From the NCBI RefSeq assembly GCF_009914755.1, contig NC_060926.1: a stretch of DNA of 64,000 nucleotides, one strand, 5' to 3'. The notes beneath the pieces were generated by a model. That model worked only from the letters and a program-made list of their open reading frames with translations. It did no database searches and was not told the origin of the DNA. This document shows, piece by piece, positions 1 to 14,000 of the stretch; within the stretch, counting starts at the first letter, position 1; every line of letters begins with the position of its first letter. The DNA comes from the human T2T-CHM13v2.0 reference genome, Homo sapiens. The position numbers and the translations under genes are program-made.

Positions 1-1532
1 CAAATTTCAGTTTCAAGAGAGTTGAGATGAAAGTGGATGGTACTTGGCATCCTTGTAAACAACTAGTAATATACATATATATTTATCAATTATAAATAAA
101 CTGCATTGATATTAATATTATAACAAGATTTTTACTGTTCCTTTAAACCAATTTAATTATGGTTACAAATAAGTTGAAAAGTATGACATTTGTGTAGAAT
201 TTTAAAGTAATTTAAGTCTCTATTATCTTGCTTTTTTAAAAACTTTGCTTGGAATATGTGGAATGTAATAGCAATATAGCAAATTGCTTATAAAGATTGT
301 GAATGGCAGTATGAGAAATGGGCACATTGGTGCTAACTTAAAGGAGAAACTATTTCGTGTGGATCTCTACTTCTCTCTATTCAGACAGATTTCAGTGGAA
401 TGTGGCTAGATGTGCGATTCTGTGTCTTGTTTACACTTAAAGTGTTTTCTTAGGCTGAATGCTTCTGTTACTGATAAGCCCAACAAGGGGCTGGCATTGT
501 TAAGTCTGCCATCGTAGCTCAGCTTTTCACAGGAAGACAGGATATGAAATCTCTTTTAAGTATGATTTGTGTCCAACTAGTATAAACATGAAATAAACGC
601 CTCAAGCACAGGTTAAAGAGAGAGGATAAGACTGAATAATTAGACATGACAGTTTTCTCCAAACAACCCACAGCATCTTTGCCATTCCTAAATCAAGAGT
701 GGAATTAAAAATTTTCTTTGGACTTATTGTAAAAATAAAACCAAGCATTCTTGGCCGTGGTGGTTGCTCAAAATTGCGTGTGCTAAGAAAATAGTATTTT
801 GCCGTTACGTTGTGTTGCAATAAATTTGGAAGTTTTGGTGGTAAAGTTCTGAGGTTGTTTTTCCCTTGGTCTCTTGAAAGATGAAAACACCCTGCAGCAA
901 AGCAGGATCAAACACTGTTTGTTTGTGTATTTTCTCTCTATGTGTGTTAGCTGCAAGTGGTAGCTAGTGCTGGTAGGAGAGCTGGAAGTGCCCATCTTTT
1001 ATTTATTGAATTAAAATACCCTCTTTTGTACAAAAAGCTTTAGACAAAGAATTACAAGATTGCAAAGACTAGCATTTTTTATTGCAATATGCTGGTTTCC
1101 CAGACTAAGCTTCATTTAAATATATCTTATGCCTCACCACTAAAAAAAATAAAAATACCTTAGGAAGATTGGAAATGCTTAATATCTATCCTAAAACTGT
1201 TTAATTCATGAATATTGTTAAGAAGATCTGTCTTTTCCACCAAGTTACTGATCACATGAAGAATAGTTTCTTTCAGAGAAAATACATGAGGTTTGAGAAT
1301 GGTTCTCAGCTATGATTCCTATAAGACACATTGAATACAGGAAAGCAGTATGGTTCAATGCATGCGCCAAGCCAGGAGTCCTAAATTATAGTAACAGCTC
1401 TGCCACTACCTATTACCTTGGAAAACATATATAACATTTCTTGACTTTTGTTTCTCTCTTTGGAAAACAGAAATAGCAATGCCTGTACACCCTCCCTCCC
1501 AGGGCGGCCACAAGGGTCAATAGTGGTTCTCA

Positions 1533-1904
<372 letters not shown>

Positions 1905-2431
1905 TTATTCCCCACATATTAAAAAAAAAAAAGATTACTTTAGAAAGCATTTATATAATAAAAACTTCATGGCCCCCAACATGTTCCCATGATGCTGTGT
2001 CCACATGTGCAACTTCCCCTCTCCTTGCTAACACTTGGAGGTGTGAGCCAAGTATCAGCAGCAGTGGGGACAAGACAGAACACAATGGGCCTGTCTGTCA
2101 GTAGAAGGGCATTTAGCCATGGTGCATTGGAGAGGTTACTCAATGTCTTCATCTCTATTTCATCACATACGAAATGAAGAAGTTACACAAGATAGTCTCT
2201 AAGCTTCCCTCTCAATCCTATGCACTGGGACCTCTCCAGTGTCAAAATGTGGCCAGGAAAATTTCACTGTTGAGACTCTCTGTACATTGCTAAATGAAGA
2301 AGTATCGAAATAGTGCCATGAAAATTATGGTATATTTTAAATATGCATGTTTACCTAACCAGAGACTTACATGTATACAAAAATGAAATTTGACATAATT
2401 ATATTCTTCACAAGACAATTAGAGGAGGTTT

Positions 2432-2453
2432 TATATATATATATATATATATA
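2432..2453. repeat. (TA)11 microsatellite
   Basis: Direct reading; followed by short (CA)n and (TA)n runs. Confidence 0.95.
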
Positions 2454-2507
2454 CACACACATATATATAGATGTCTCCATATTCTTCAGAAGATGATTAG
2501 AGGAGAT

Positions 2508-2543
2508 TATATATATAGATATAGATATAGATAGATATATAGG

Positions 2544-2585
<42 letters not shown>
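2508..2585. repeat. Compound TA/GATA microsatellite with a pure (TAGA)10 core at 2544-2583
   Basis: Direct reading. Confidence 0.95.
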
Positions 2586-2789
2586 TGCACACACATATAC
2601 ATAGTGTACTGGAGACTGTGGGTCCAAGTTGTATGAAAGACTTTTTTCAGCTTTCTGCTGTATTTCTGTGACTGTCAATATAACCCCATTCGGAAAGAAT
2701 GTCAAATGCCTTAATTTAAAGCCTTACATGCGAGGTCAAGGCAAAAATGGCCCTTCCTGTGCTATGGGTCATGTGGGTGTTAGGCAGAA

Positions 2790-2900
2790 AGCTCTGTTAC
2801 TTTTTCAATGTGTTAACTTTGGCAAGTTACTTAAAGTCTCTTGGCCTCAGTTTTCTCATCTATAAAATGGGTCTATTACTACTGCCTACCCCACAGAGCT
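2790..2900 (+). mobile_element. MIR fragment
   Basis: MIR core ggcaagttacttaa...gcctcagttttctcatctataaaatggg. Confidence 0.8.
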
Positions 2901-3374
2901 GTGGCAAAGAGGTTTGATCAGTGCCAAATGTTAATTTTTTTTAATGATATGTGACTATAATAAAGAAATCAGATAAGCTGTGAAACATACCATTTGTAAT
3001 AATCTTCAAACTTTTACACATTAACTCATCGGATACATTTAGCAAATAGATTCATGGAATTATGTGATATTAATATAATCATTAGAAACTAGTTGCCATC
3101 TCTTTATCCAGGGAATCTGAGCTAGTCAATCAATAAATAATAAATAAGAGAGGCAACTTCTGTGATGGTCGTAATCTGAGAAACCTCAAAAGGTCTCCCT
3201 CTCACTGTCTTAAAATGTATCTCCCTGTGGTTTGCAGAAGACAGTGAAAATCCTGGCCCTCAAACACACATAGCATTTTGCAAGATGTTGGTGGTGATGA
3301 TGATGATGGTGGCGGTGGTGGTGGCGATGTTATAATGATTAACCATCACCCCAACAACAACAACAATAATAATA

Positions 3375-3676
3375 GGACAGGTGTGGTGGCTCATACCTGT
3401 GAATCCAACACTTTGGGTGGCTGAGGCAGGAGAATTGCCTGAGGCCAGGAGTTTGAGACCAGCCCAGGCAACATAGTGAGACCTTGTCCCTACTAAAAAT
3501 TAAAAAATTAGCCAGGCATGGCTGTGCTCGCCTGTAGTCCCAGCTACTAAAGAGGCTGAGGCAGGAAGATAACTTGAGCCCAGGCATTCGAGGTTGCAAT
3601 GAGCTATGATCAGGCACTCCAGCCTGGGCGACACAGCAAGACCCTATCTCAATTAAATAATAATAATAATAATAAC
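3375..3676 (+). mobile_element. Alu (AluJ-type) with (TAA)n tail
   Basis: Diverged dimeric Alu (gcaacatagtgagacc, gagcccagg, gctatgat are J-like). Confidence 0.9.
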
Positions 3677-3915
3677 TGCTAACACTTACAGAGCTATTCT
3701 TATGTGCCACCCACTGTTCAATCTCTTTTCATATATCAATTCATTTAACCCTAACAGCAAACATATGAGGTGGGCTCTTACCATCACCATTATACAGACG
3801 AAAAAAACGAAGGCACTGATAAGTTGTGTAAGTTGTCCAAAGCCACACAGCTAGTAAGGGATGGAGCTCAGCTTCAAATCCAAGAGGTCTACTTCCAAAG
3901 TCATACTCTTAACCT
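3677..3915 (-). mobile_element. MIR, near full length
   Basis: Reverse complement of the MIR consensus (catttaacc...acagacgaaaaaaacgaaggcac...ccacacagctagtaag...actcttaacc). Confidence 0.8.
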
Positions 3916-4774
3916 GCCAGGCAACAATTACACATGGTCCTGGTTTTTCTGTGACAGCACCAAATTAGTCTTTGCCATCCCTGAAAACATAATTATCAAG
4001 CCAAGTGAAATTTCTTTAAAAAAAAAAATGTACCTCCTTGCAGGTAGAGACACCGTAGTAATAACAGTGGAGAGGCGTGGAGGCAAGGAACTCACAGGGG
4101 AAGTTTTGTCAGGAGAAGAGGGCTTTTATTTCTGTCATTCTTGGATAATCTCCTTTTTGGGTGGATGGGGAAAAGCTGACTAGGGGGAGTTAGGTGGTGC
4201 GAGTGGAGGGAACACTGAGGAGACTCCATCATGAAACCCTCTGTGTAGCCAGTCTCCAAAACCTTTCCTTTATCTTCACTGGAAGGTTAACTCAGCAGCT
4301 TGTCGCAGAAAGAATCATGCTTCCTTATGACTCAAACTACTTCAGCAAATCACTTTCCCTGATAAGGGTCTCTACATTGACAAGACTCTAGTAAACATTT
4401 CTCAAATTCTTTCCTTCAGTTCGAGAAAGGCTAAACTTCTGTGTGGACGTGTGGTAAAATTCATAAAAACTGCCCTTCAGGCTATAGTGAGAAGGCATTC
4501 TGTTTCTACATTCTTTCTTCTCTTATTCAAAAAGAAAAAAAATATACCTATGCCCTCGGGGGAACCTTACATCTAGTTTCCAAGGGATCAGGTCACTGGC
4601 ACCTTAATGCTATGTGAATTCCCTCCACCAGGCTTCTTTTTGTTCCAGACAGAGAAAACATGCTTTGGACATAAAGGTGCAAGTTAACTTGCCCAGACCG
4701 GCCGTGTTTATACACCATAGTGAGTAAATCTGCACTCCAAAAGGCAAAAAGAATTCGGGGGAAGAGAGATAACA

Positions 4775-5150
4775 TTCAACAACAGCAGGAGCAAATATTT
4801 TTTGGGCCACCTCCGTGTGCTATTCCCAATCCCATGTGCTTGGGAAGAAGAGTGAACAAAAACATTTCCATTTTCTCAATCTGGGGGCACATAATAAACA
4901 AATACAGTAAGAGGCCTGGTGGTGATAATGGGCTGTGAAAAATGTAAGTAGCAAAGTAGGATGCAGAGAGCAGTCAGGGTGATGATTTGCGTTGCATGAT
5001 TTAGTGAATGTTAAACAGAGAGATGAAGGAAGCCAGGAGGCAACCTATGTGGGTCCCTCAGGGAAGAGCATTCCAGGCAGAGGGAAAAGCAAATGAAACA
5101 GCCCTGAGTGGAACCATGCTTGGGAGGCCAGTGTGTCTGCAGCAAGCTGA
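4775..5150 (-). mobile_element. L2 3' fragment
   Basis: Resembles the antisense L2 3' end (gtgaacaaa...gagcattccaggcagagggaa); boundaries approximate. Confidence 0.6.
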
Positions 5151-6798
5151 AGGAGCAGGAAAGGGAAGCCCAAGGGTGTGCTTTGGACACGCAGACACAG
5201 AGCGTGCCATCCTCACATGCCTCAATTTCCCCCAGATACCGCCTACCGCTCACTCACACACTAGGGGGCAGTTCTTGCCTCTGCTCTGGATGAAATCTGT
5301 CAGGCCATGCTCAGAGGATTATTTTTTTTAAAAAAGACCCTGTTCATATTCCACTCCCAAACAATCTTAATTCAGTCATTAACATGTATGTAATACTACG
5401 TGATCCTTAAAAACATAAAGATGATATTCAAGCTTAAAGTCTCATCCTCCACATCCAGGCTTGCTTTCTGCAGTGGAAAGGGGGCATGATTGAATTTTCT
5501 TTCTCTGCCTTGCGCCTTTACCTCTCTTCCCCTTGGCCACCAACGGTAGTCTCTTCATGTCCAGAGCTGAAGTGGGTACAGGGAGGAAAGGTGAGAGGCA
5601 GGGACAGGCCTCACTAGTTGGTACTGTTGTGAGCCAGCATCCAGGTTCCCTGAGCTTCACAGGGGTTTACAGCTGCTTCTTGTTCCCATAGGGCATGTCT
5701 ATCGGTGCTGTGAAGATACCCTCCCCTACTGCGTTGGGGATTCCTCACCTGTAGTTCCCTGGATGTTTTGAAATAAATCCGTTCTGTCTGGGGGTTTACA
5801 GTTCCTCCCTCAGCCCTTGGGCAACTGGTAAGCTCTGTCTGGCTGCTTTCTGCCTAGGCTCCTCAGCCCTCCATGCACCTGACTCAGACCAGAGCTAAAA
5901 CAACCCCAGGCTGACTCTGTCACACAGAGAGTTCTGATTGCCACAAGCTCTTCCCCTCTCCTGTAGAGGACTTAATCATGGGACAGACACCAAGTCCACG
6001 GAGGCAGACATCAGCCCCAGAGACACAACTACTCAGCCACTTCAAATTGGGTTACTGGGCATCCAAGCTCTCTTTTCAAAGGAGCTGATTGAGAACCAAG
6101 ATCTCTGGCTGATGACCTCTCCATGCAAGAGGTTGCAGAAGCTGAGAGAGGGAGTCAGAGATCAGAGAGCAAAAACTTCTTAAAGACAAGTTGTAGGCAT
6201 TTTCCCTCCTCTTTCCCCTACCTAGATGCAGAAGAGGAGCAGGTGGCTCCCCTACCCCCACCCCCCCACACCCAGCCCACTTCAGGCAATAGTGAGAGGA
6301 GCTTCAAAGAGACCACTTTGGAACATGGAAGTGGTTGGCACCTATTGTCTTGAGGCCTCAACCAAAACTAAGACCAAAGGATCATCTTATTTTAACATCC
6401 CATTACACAGTCAATTACAATACACTCAAATGTTTACTTAGATGGGTGTGTTATGCCTGGTTACACTTAAAAATATGCCTGGTGCATCATTTTACCCTAA
6501 ATAACGTTTGCGTGTGAGACAGAGTTGTGAGTGAGTTCAGGCTCAAATATGACGCTTCAAAAATCACTTAACCTTGTAACTAAGACCACTTTATTATAGA
6601 AGGTATGTACTTTACAGTGTGTGTTTTAACAGTTGTCAGCCAAGTATCTCAAAAAGCCTGGGATATTGGCATCAAGGTAAAAACAAAGATAAAATCATCT
6701 TGTACAGTGGGAAAATTAGATGTTAAATGGAGTTCAGTGTTTGAGGTTTGGGATAGAATTCTGGTTCTGCTATATATTTATTCTATAAGCTTGGGCAG

Positions 6799-7120
6799 GT
6801 TTTTTTGTTTCTTTGTTTGGGGTTTTTTTTTTTTTTTTTTTTTGGAGACTCACTCTGTCGCCAGGCTGGAGTGCAGTGGCACGATCTCGGCTCACTACAA
6901 CTTCTGCCTTCCGGGGTTTGACTGATTCTCCTGCCTCAGCCTCAGGAGTAGCTGGGATTACAGGTGCACGCCACCATGCCTGGCTAATTTTTGTATTTTT
7001 AGTAGAGCTGGGGTTTCACCATGTTGGCTAGGCTGGTCTCGAACTCCTGACCTCAGGTGATCCACCCACCTCAGCCTCCCAAAGTGCTCGGATTACAGGC
7101 ATGAGCCACCACTCCTGGCC
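6799..7120 (-). mobile_element. Alu (AluS-type) inserted in a MIR
   Basis: TSD agcttgggcag at 6788-6798 and 7121-7131; MIR-like sequence continues on both sides (~6735-7280). Confidence 0.93.
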
Positions 7121-8706
7121 AGCTTGGGCAGTTTATTAAAGTTCTTTAAGTCTCAATTTCCTGCTCTGATGAATGGGTGCAATAGTCCTTACCCAATAGG
7201 ATCACCATGACAATTAAGTAAAATCACCTGTGTACCGTGTGCAGCATATAGGAAACATGTAGTAAATGATAGTTATTACTATGGGCATGAACTCTACACT
7301 TCTAAAACTTCCCAGGAAGAAGAGCAAAGGGATCAATCCCGTCTCATTTAACAGGCCGCTATATATCCAGGCCAAAATAGTCAGGGGGCCCTGCAGGAGA
7401 GTCTGAGGGCTCCTTCAGAGCAGGGATTGTTCCCAGGAAGGCCTCTGAAGTAGGACATTAGGTGGTTGCCTTTGGAGAGCTGGGTCTCCTGCTTCTAAAT
7501 GACTCTGTTTCTACTGGTCCCTGGAAATTCCTGAGGCTTAATCCTCCACAGCCCTCAATTCCTGAGCCACAGACACCATCGTCCACACCCTCCGTTTTAC
7601 CCAGGTCTCTGGTTGCTGGGATTCAAGAATGTGCTTCTGAGAGGGAGCCCCATGTCTGCCTCTCAGAAATCTGTCATCTGAGGGGAGCCCATTCTCTACC
7701 GAGCAGCAGAGGGGAGGGTGTGGATCTTGCAGACGCACCCTCATCTTCCTTCCTATCTCAGCTGGAAAGTTTTGCCGGACCTGAGAATGTTTTGCTGTGC
7801 TTCAGAATTGAAGGCAGACCAAAAAGCACAGAGTGTTCAGGCTAGTCCAGGCTCTAGGGATCATAGTTGAGCAGAACCAAACACCCAGCTCCAAATTCAC
7901 AGTAGACGGCCCTTTGGCAACTACAAACCTCAAAGCCCAAAGGGAAGAACGGGGAGGAGGCAAGGCTAATCCACAGTGTCAAACACATTAGGCAAAGAAG
8001 TTTGTGATGAGAGAAACTCATCTTCCAAAGCTTCATGAGAATCTTTAAACCACTCACGGTTTCCAGGGTAACTAAGAGGAGCAATCATGGCCCACCTCGT
8101 CTTTTTGAGGTCCTAGCCTCTTTCCTTTAGATTTACTGATCTTCGTGCCCCTTTCCATTACACAGGATAAATAACTCTTGGAAGGGGTTCTTTAGAGCTC
8201 ATTTGGGGCATGCCTGCAAACTAGTATTTTTTCCCACTGGCAATATAAGATCTAAACTACCACTTCAGAAATGTAATTACTGTTTGCAGTGTCTCTAGAA
8301 ATCACCATTGGTCGAAGCCTTTGTGGATGTGGTAAGCATTACCATATGTCAGGTTCCTAACACAGTACAAAATAACCGTCTGAAACACAAGACCAAAAAA
8401 GGCTTTCCCTTTTTGGTTTTCTGACATGTAGAAACATGCCACATGGATCAACGAACCTAATGGCACGGGCATACATCAGCTGTGTACATGGATGAGGTCT
8501 TAAACCCCACCCAACTGCCCATGAGGAAACATCTTTGCTGCAGGATTTTCTCTAACTATTGGTGGTGAAAGGTGATCCTGGAGAAGGGGATACATATTCT
8601 AGTTATCACAAAAGTACATAGAATATTTATGGGAAGTTCCTAGATTGGAATGTCAGTAAGCATAACGTTCTCATAAATACATCGAGAAATAAACATTCTC
8701 ATAAAT

Positions 8707-8932
8707 CAGTTTCTCAGCCCTGGCGCTATTGGCCTGTGGGGCTGAGCACTTCTTTGTTGTGGAGGCTGTCCTGGGCATTGCAGGATGGTCAGTAGTATCT
8801 CCACTCTGGCCTCCACCCACTAGGTGCCAGCAGCATCCCCCTCTCTTGTCAAAGTTGCGACAACCCAAAAAGTCTCCAAACACTATTATATGTCTCCTGC
8901 GGGACCAAATCACCTCTGGTTGTGAACTACTG
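8707..8932 (-). mobile_element. MER20 (hAT-Charlie MITE)
   Basis: Ends cagtttctca...tgtgaactactg; perfect 8-bp TSD tcataaat at 8699-8706 and 8933-8940; internal sequence matches the MER20 reverse complement. Confidence 0.85.
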
Positions 8933-10034
8933 TCATAAATATATGAGGAAACTCTACAGCAACATTCTGACAGCATGGTTTCAAGGTCACCCACTTCCAC
9001 TTTTTATTTCCTGATTATCCTGGACCTTCTCAGTGGCTGCGACAGCTCACAGGATTTCTTGCCACACTTCTTCCCAGAGCTTGGCTTCAGGGTTGGCGTA
9101 GCCTCTCTAGGGACCTTCTGCTTTGATGCTACCAAAAGACAAGCACATGTGTCCTTTTCATTTTGAGTGTTTTCATTTTACTACTGATCATTTCAGGGGA
9201 ACAGAACATAACTAGAACAATAAATATGAGAAGGGTTTTAATTAAAGCTGCAGGAAACAGAAACCAACTTAAACTGGCTCAAGTCAAAGGCTCAAAAACA
9301 TCAATATCATGCACAGGAGACAGAGTCCAGCTGGACCTTCTTCAGACTGGAAATAGAACCTGGAAAGTGGTGAGAAATGAAGGGATCTTCTCCCCCTGCT
9401 CCTCCCAGGGCCACACACTTATTCTCTCCATCTCTCTCTGCCGTCCTCTTATACATCTTATTCAGGGCCCCATATGACCTGCAACTTGGCGCTCACAGCT
9501 TTTGAAGCTTTCAGAATCCCGATTCCAAAATCCCAGGGGAGGCCTCAATTGGCTTCAGTTTCTTTTTTTGCTAGATCACAAGCTTTTGACCAGCTGAGTC
9601 ATTTACATTTCAGTGACTGTCATCTCTGCATCTGACAATAATAATTGAGCTGCTTCAGTTGTAGATGTAACCAGGCTTTGAAAAGTGAAAAGTACTATGC
9701 AAATGAAGAGTGGCATTTTTATTTTATTATAGCATTATAGAACAAATCATAGAATCATTTGAAACTTACAGTGACAACCATGTGAGGAGTTGGCAGGGTA
9801 GAAAGTGCGCAATATTAAGTTGGAGACCTGGGCTCTGTGACTTTGGCCAAGTCACTTCCCTGCTCTGAATTATAGGAATTATAATGTCCATTTCACCTCC
9901 TCAAGGGGCTCTTCGGTGGTTCAAATGAGAAAACAGTTTAGTGAGAAAACTCTCTGCAGACTCTGGTATAAACCCCTATTATTATAGCCTTCTCTAGTTA
10001 AAACCACTGTATGGACGGCCACTGCGAGTTAGGT

Positions 10035-10560
10035 AGCAGTTAGGAATAATTTTTCAGCTGCCAGCCAAGTGAAAGGGAAATGTATTATCTCACATAACAG
10101 ACAGTCCAGGGGCAGGCCCAGCCCCCAGGCACAAGACAAATCATAGCTCTGACTCATTTCTCTGTGATTTGCCTGGCTGCCCTCCTCCCCTCGAGTTAGC
10201 ATTTTCCTCGGCTGGACTTTTCTCGTGGTCACAAGATGGCAGCCAGCAGACCCCCAACAACCTGCCCCCTTGTTCATTTCCAACAAGAGAGGCACCCTCT
10301 CCCCAAAAAACACAGGCTTCAGGTCCTTCCATTCTGCCTGTTACAACCCAGGACACAGCCCACCTGGACCAGTAACTAGTACAATCACCTGGCAAGGGCC
10401 TGGTGCTGATGGGCCCAAGCCTGGAGCAATTGCCAGCAAGCGGGGATGTTTAACCATCCTTGCCTTATGCCTCGAATTGGGATCTGCCCGGGAGCTGTGG
10501 ATGGACCCGCTTCCTCTCAGTGGCCGGGCTGCACTGATTTCCTTTACCAAATCGGGATTC
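10035..10560. mobile_element. Old MaLR (MLT1-type) LTR fragment
   Basis: MLT1-like motifs (agttaggaat...cagctgc, ggtcacaagatggcagcc); a similar fragment lies at ~9235-9560; boundaries approximate. Confidence 0.55.
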
Positions 10561-11736
10561 TGTTAGGAAGGAGGAAGGGGAAAACGATGCTCTGCGTAGG
10601 CCACCAACAGTGTCCATCCAGTCCACGTAGCCTGACTCAGAGTACATCTTCAATAGCCTTGTGCATTCTTAGGAACCACCATATTGAGAAAAGGCAAAAT
10701 TTCCCCTGCCTTCCTTACCTACTTGGCTCACATTTTCTGCCAGAATTTCTTTAGGAAAAAAAAAAAAAGGGAAGTAAAGAAGAATTGGGAAGAGAAGAAA
10801 AATCAAGAAAGAAAGAAAAACTACTGTCCCCTCTGGCACTCTCTCTCTCTTTCACAGAATCCTGGGGGATTGTAGTGATGACCCTAAGGTGGCTGCTGGT
10901 GTTGTGGCAACGGGAAATGCAGTGTTTCAGACCTCAGCCAGAGGAATACATCTGTATGAAGGTTTATGTACAGATAGAGGCCACCACCACATTGTAAAGG
11001 ACCTCCCCCCCCCGCCCACCTAGTGCCAGCTTCCTTTTCCCGTCCTCACCAGATCAACCCACATCCACTGACAAGCGGAGGAGGCTTTACGGTCAGGCAG
11101 AGATGAAGAAAGCAAGGCTGCAGATGTGGCCTCTCCCCATTCAGAGATGTCTGTCCTCAAGGGATTTTTGGCATTTTGGAAACACAGCACAAGCCTCTTA
11201 TAACTCGTAAATGTTTCCAGATGGATACTGGCTCTTTCTACCTCATGGACAAAGAGTATGGTTGGGTGCTCCCCGATGTAGCATTGTAGATCAGACAAAC
11301 ACCAACATTACATAAATCCTGCATGTCTGCTAGGGCAGATTTTTTTCCAAGCGAGTGGCTCAAGTAAGCCTCTAGGGGGCTTATTAAAAATGATGAATGC
11401 AAAAGTAATTTTTAAGCCCTCCATGTCTCCCTGTTGCCTAAAGGATCAGTTCCACATTCTTTAGGCATGACATTCAAGGCTGACATGGCCCTTCATCCCT
11501 CTCTGACAGTCTGATTCCTCTCCCAGCCTGGCTGAACAACTCCCAGTTCTGAAGCTCCTCTGTCGCTGGGTCCTGTCCTTTCCTGTTCACTCATTCATTG
11601 TTTTCCAACCTGCCAATTAAAGAAATTTGAGCCCCTCCCAGTCCCCACGTTTCAGGCGTATGTGCCCATCCACCCTTTTGCCATCACTGCACCCCTAGCA
11701 GCAGAGGTTCCCAATGCTGTCTGCACAGTAGAGTCA

Positions 11737-12082
<346 letters not shown>

Positions 12083-13099
12083 TCAATTAAATTAGAATGA
12101 AGATGGAGTAAGTGCACGTACTATGAAACAGCTATGGCAAGGGGAGAAATGCAGAGCTTCTGGACTCAGAATGTTTGAATCCAGCTCCTCTTCTTCCTGG
12201 CCTTGGAAAGTCCGTAACCTTTGCATGCTTCCAATTCCTTACCTCTAAAATGAAAGCAAGAAATAGTCTCTACCTCATCGGGTTGTTGTGAAGATTAAAT
12301 GAGTTAATATATTACTGACACTTAGTATATGTTCAGCAAATGTTAGTTATGATGCATGCATGCCAGTCTCCCGCAGGAAGACTCAAAACAACTTGATGCC
12401 AGGACCTGCATCTTGTTTCTGCCTGGCACATAGTACGTATACTTTTATTTTTTAATGATTAATGGATGCATGAAAGAAGATGAATTTTGGTTTTAGGAAA
12501 TCAGGGTGATTTATGTAGAAGAGGTGGCCCAGGAGCTGAAGCTTGAAAGATGGATGGGTTTGTGGTGAGGGTTGGTAAAGTAGTCCAGATAGAACAATAA
12601 TGTGAATGTGAGCCAAGGTACTGACATGCAGAGTGTGGAGAAAAGACCAAAAGCCCAGGTGTGCTGGGGTCAAAAGAGAGGATTACTCAGGAGAATTGCA
12701 GTGAGGTGGTGTTGAAAGGGAAGGCAGGCCATTTCATGAAGAGTTTGTAATGCCTCACTAAGGAATTTGAGCTTTATTCTGTAGAGAATGAGTGGACTAT
12801 GAAGAAGAATTCTGAACAGGTGAATGCACAATCAGACCTGTGCTTTAGGAAGCTGATCCTTTCCAACTGAAAGAAAGAGTGACCTGGAGCAATGAGCAAG
12901 AGTGAGTTAGGAGACTGCTGCAGCTTCCCATTTGAGATCAACATTGTCTGTATATGTTAAGTCTTCCTAACAGACCACATATAATGAAGCTCTGCAGACT
13001 CTATCTGGTTTATGTTAATTGAATCACTGCTAAATTTGGTGGTGGAAGTGATAATGATAACAACAATACTTCTTAAGTGTCCCTTTCAATTTCAAGAGT

Positions 13100-14000
13100 T
13101 TTTTCATTATTTCATTTTTGTATTTTATTAATATTGGATTTATTAACATATACGCACAGGGTAAAGATTTAAATAGGACAAAATGGTAAGACTCCTTCCC
13201 GTCTCTGATCACCACTTACCCAGTTCTCTTTCCCTGATACAACCACTGTTAGTGGGTTCTAGTGAAAACGCCTCCTACTCTCTAGGCATGAAGAATATAT
13301 ATATTTAAAGTATAGAGTCTGATAAGTTTTGGCATATGAATACTGTGAAACCATCACTACATCAAGATAATGAACATATCCATCTCCAAATTTTTCATGT
13401 GTTCCTTTGCCATCTTTTACTTCTGCCCTTATGTCTCCAGGACTCTCCACTCCCACTCCCCAGGCTCCTGGATACCACTGATGTGCTCTTTGTTACTATA
13501 GAGTACAGTTTCTAGATGCAGTGTAATGATATGAATGTAAAATTGAAGGGAATGTACTCTTTTCTGTCTGACTGCTTTCATTTAACATAATTATTTTGAG
13601 ATTCATTCATATTGTTTTATGTATCAATCGTTCATTCCTTTTTATTGCTGAGTAGTATTTCATTGTATGGATAAACCACAATGTGTTTATCCATTTATCT
13701 GTTGATAGATTTTGCATCGTTCCCAGTTTGGAGCTATGGGAAACAAAGCTGTTAAAAATACACATGCAGAAGTCATTGTACGGACATATACTTTCATTCC
13801 TCTTGGGAAAATGCCTGGAAGTGAAATGGCTGCAACATATGGTGGGAATATATTTAGCTTTTTAACTTTTTGAGATACTACCAAACTGTTTTCCAAAGTA
13901 GTTGTACCATTTTACCTTCCTGTTAGCAATTATGCCAGTCCTCCACATCCTCACCAACACTTGGTAGTACGAGTCTTTTTAATTTTAGTCATTCTTTCTC
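13100..14000 (-). mobile_element. Old L1 (L1M) 3' fragment
   Basis: Antisense L1 3' motifs (ttcattcctttttattgctgagtagtattt, ccaaactgttttccaaagt, ccacatcctcaccaacacttgg); ORF 13687..13896 resembles the ORF2 C-terminus. Confidence 0.8.

Noticed and set aside
3287-3375. Compound (GGT/GAT)n and (CAA/TAA)n tracts with partial self-complementarity
   Set aside because: Low-complexity decay beside MIR and Alu tails; the complementarity is short and imperfect.
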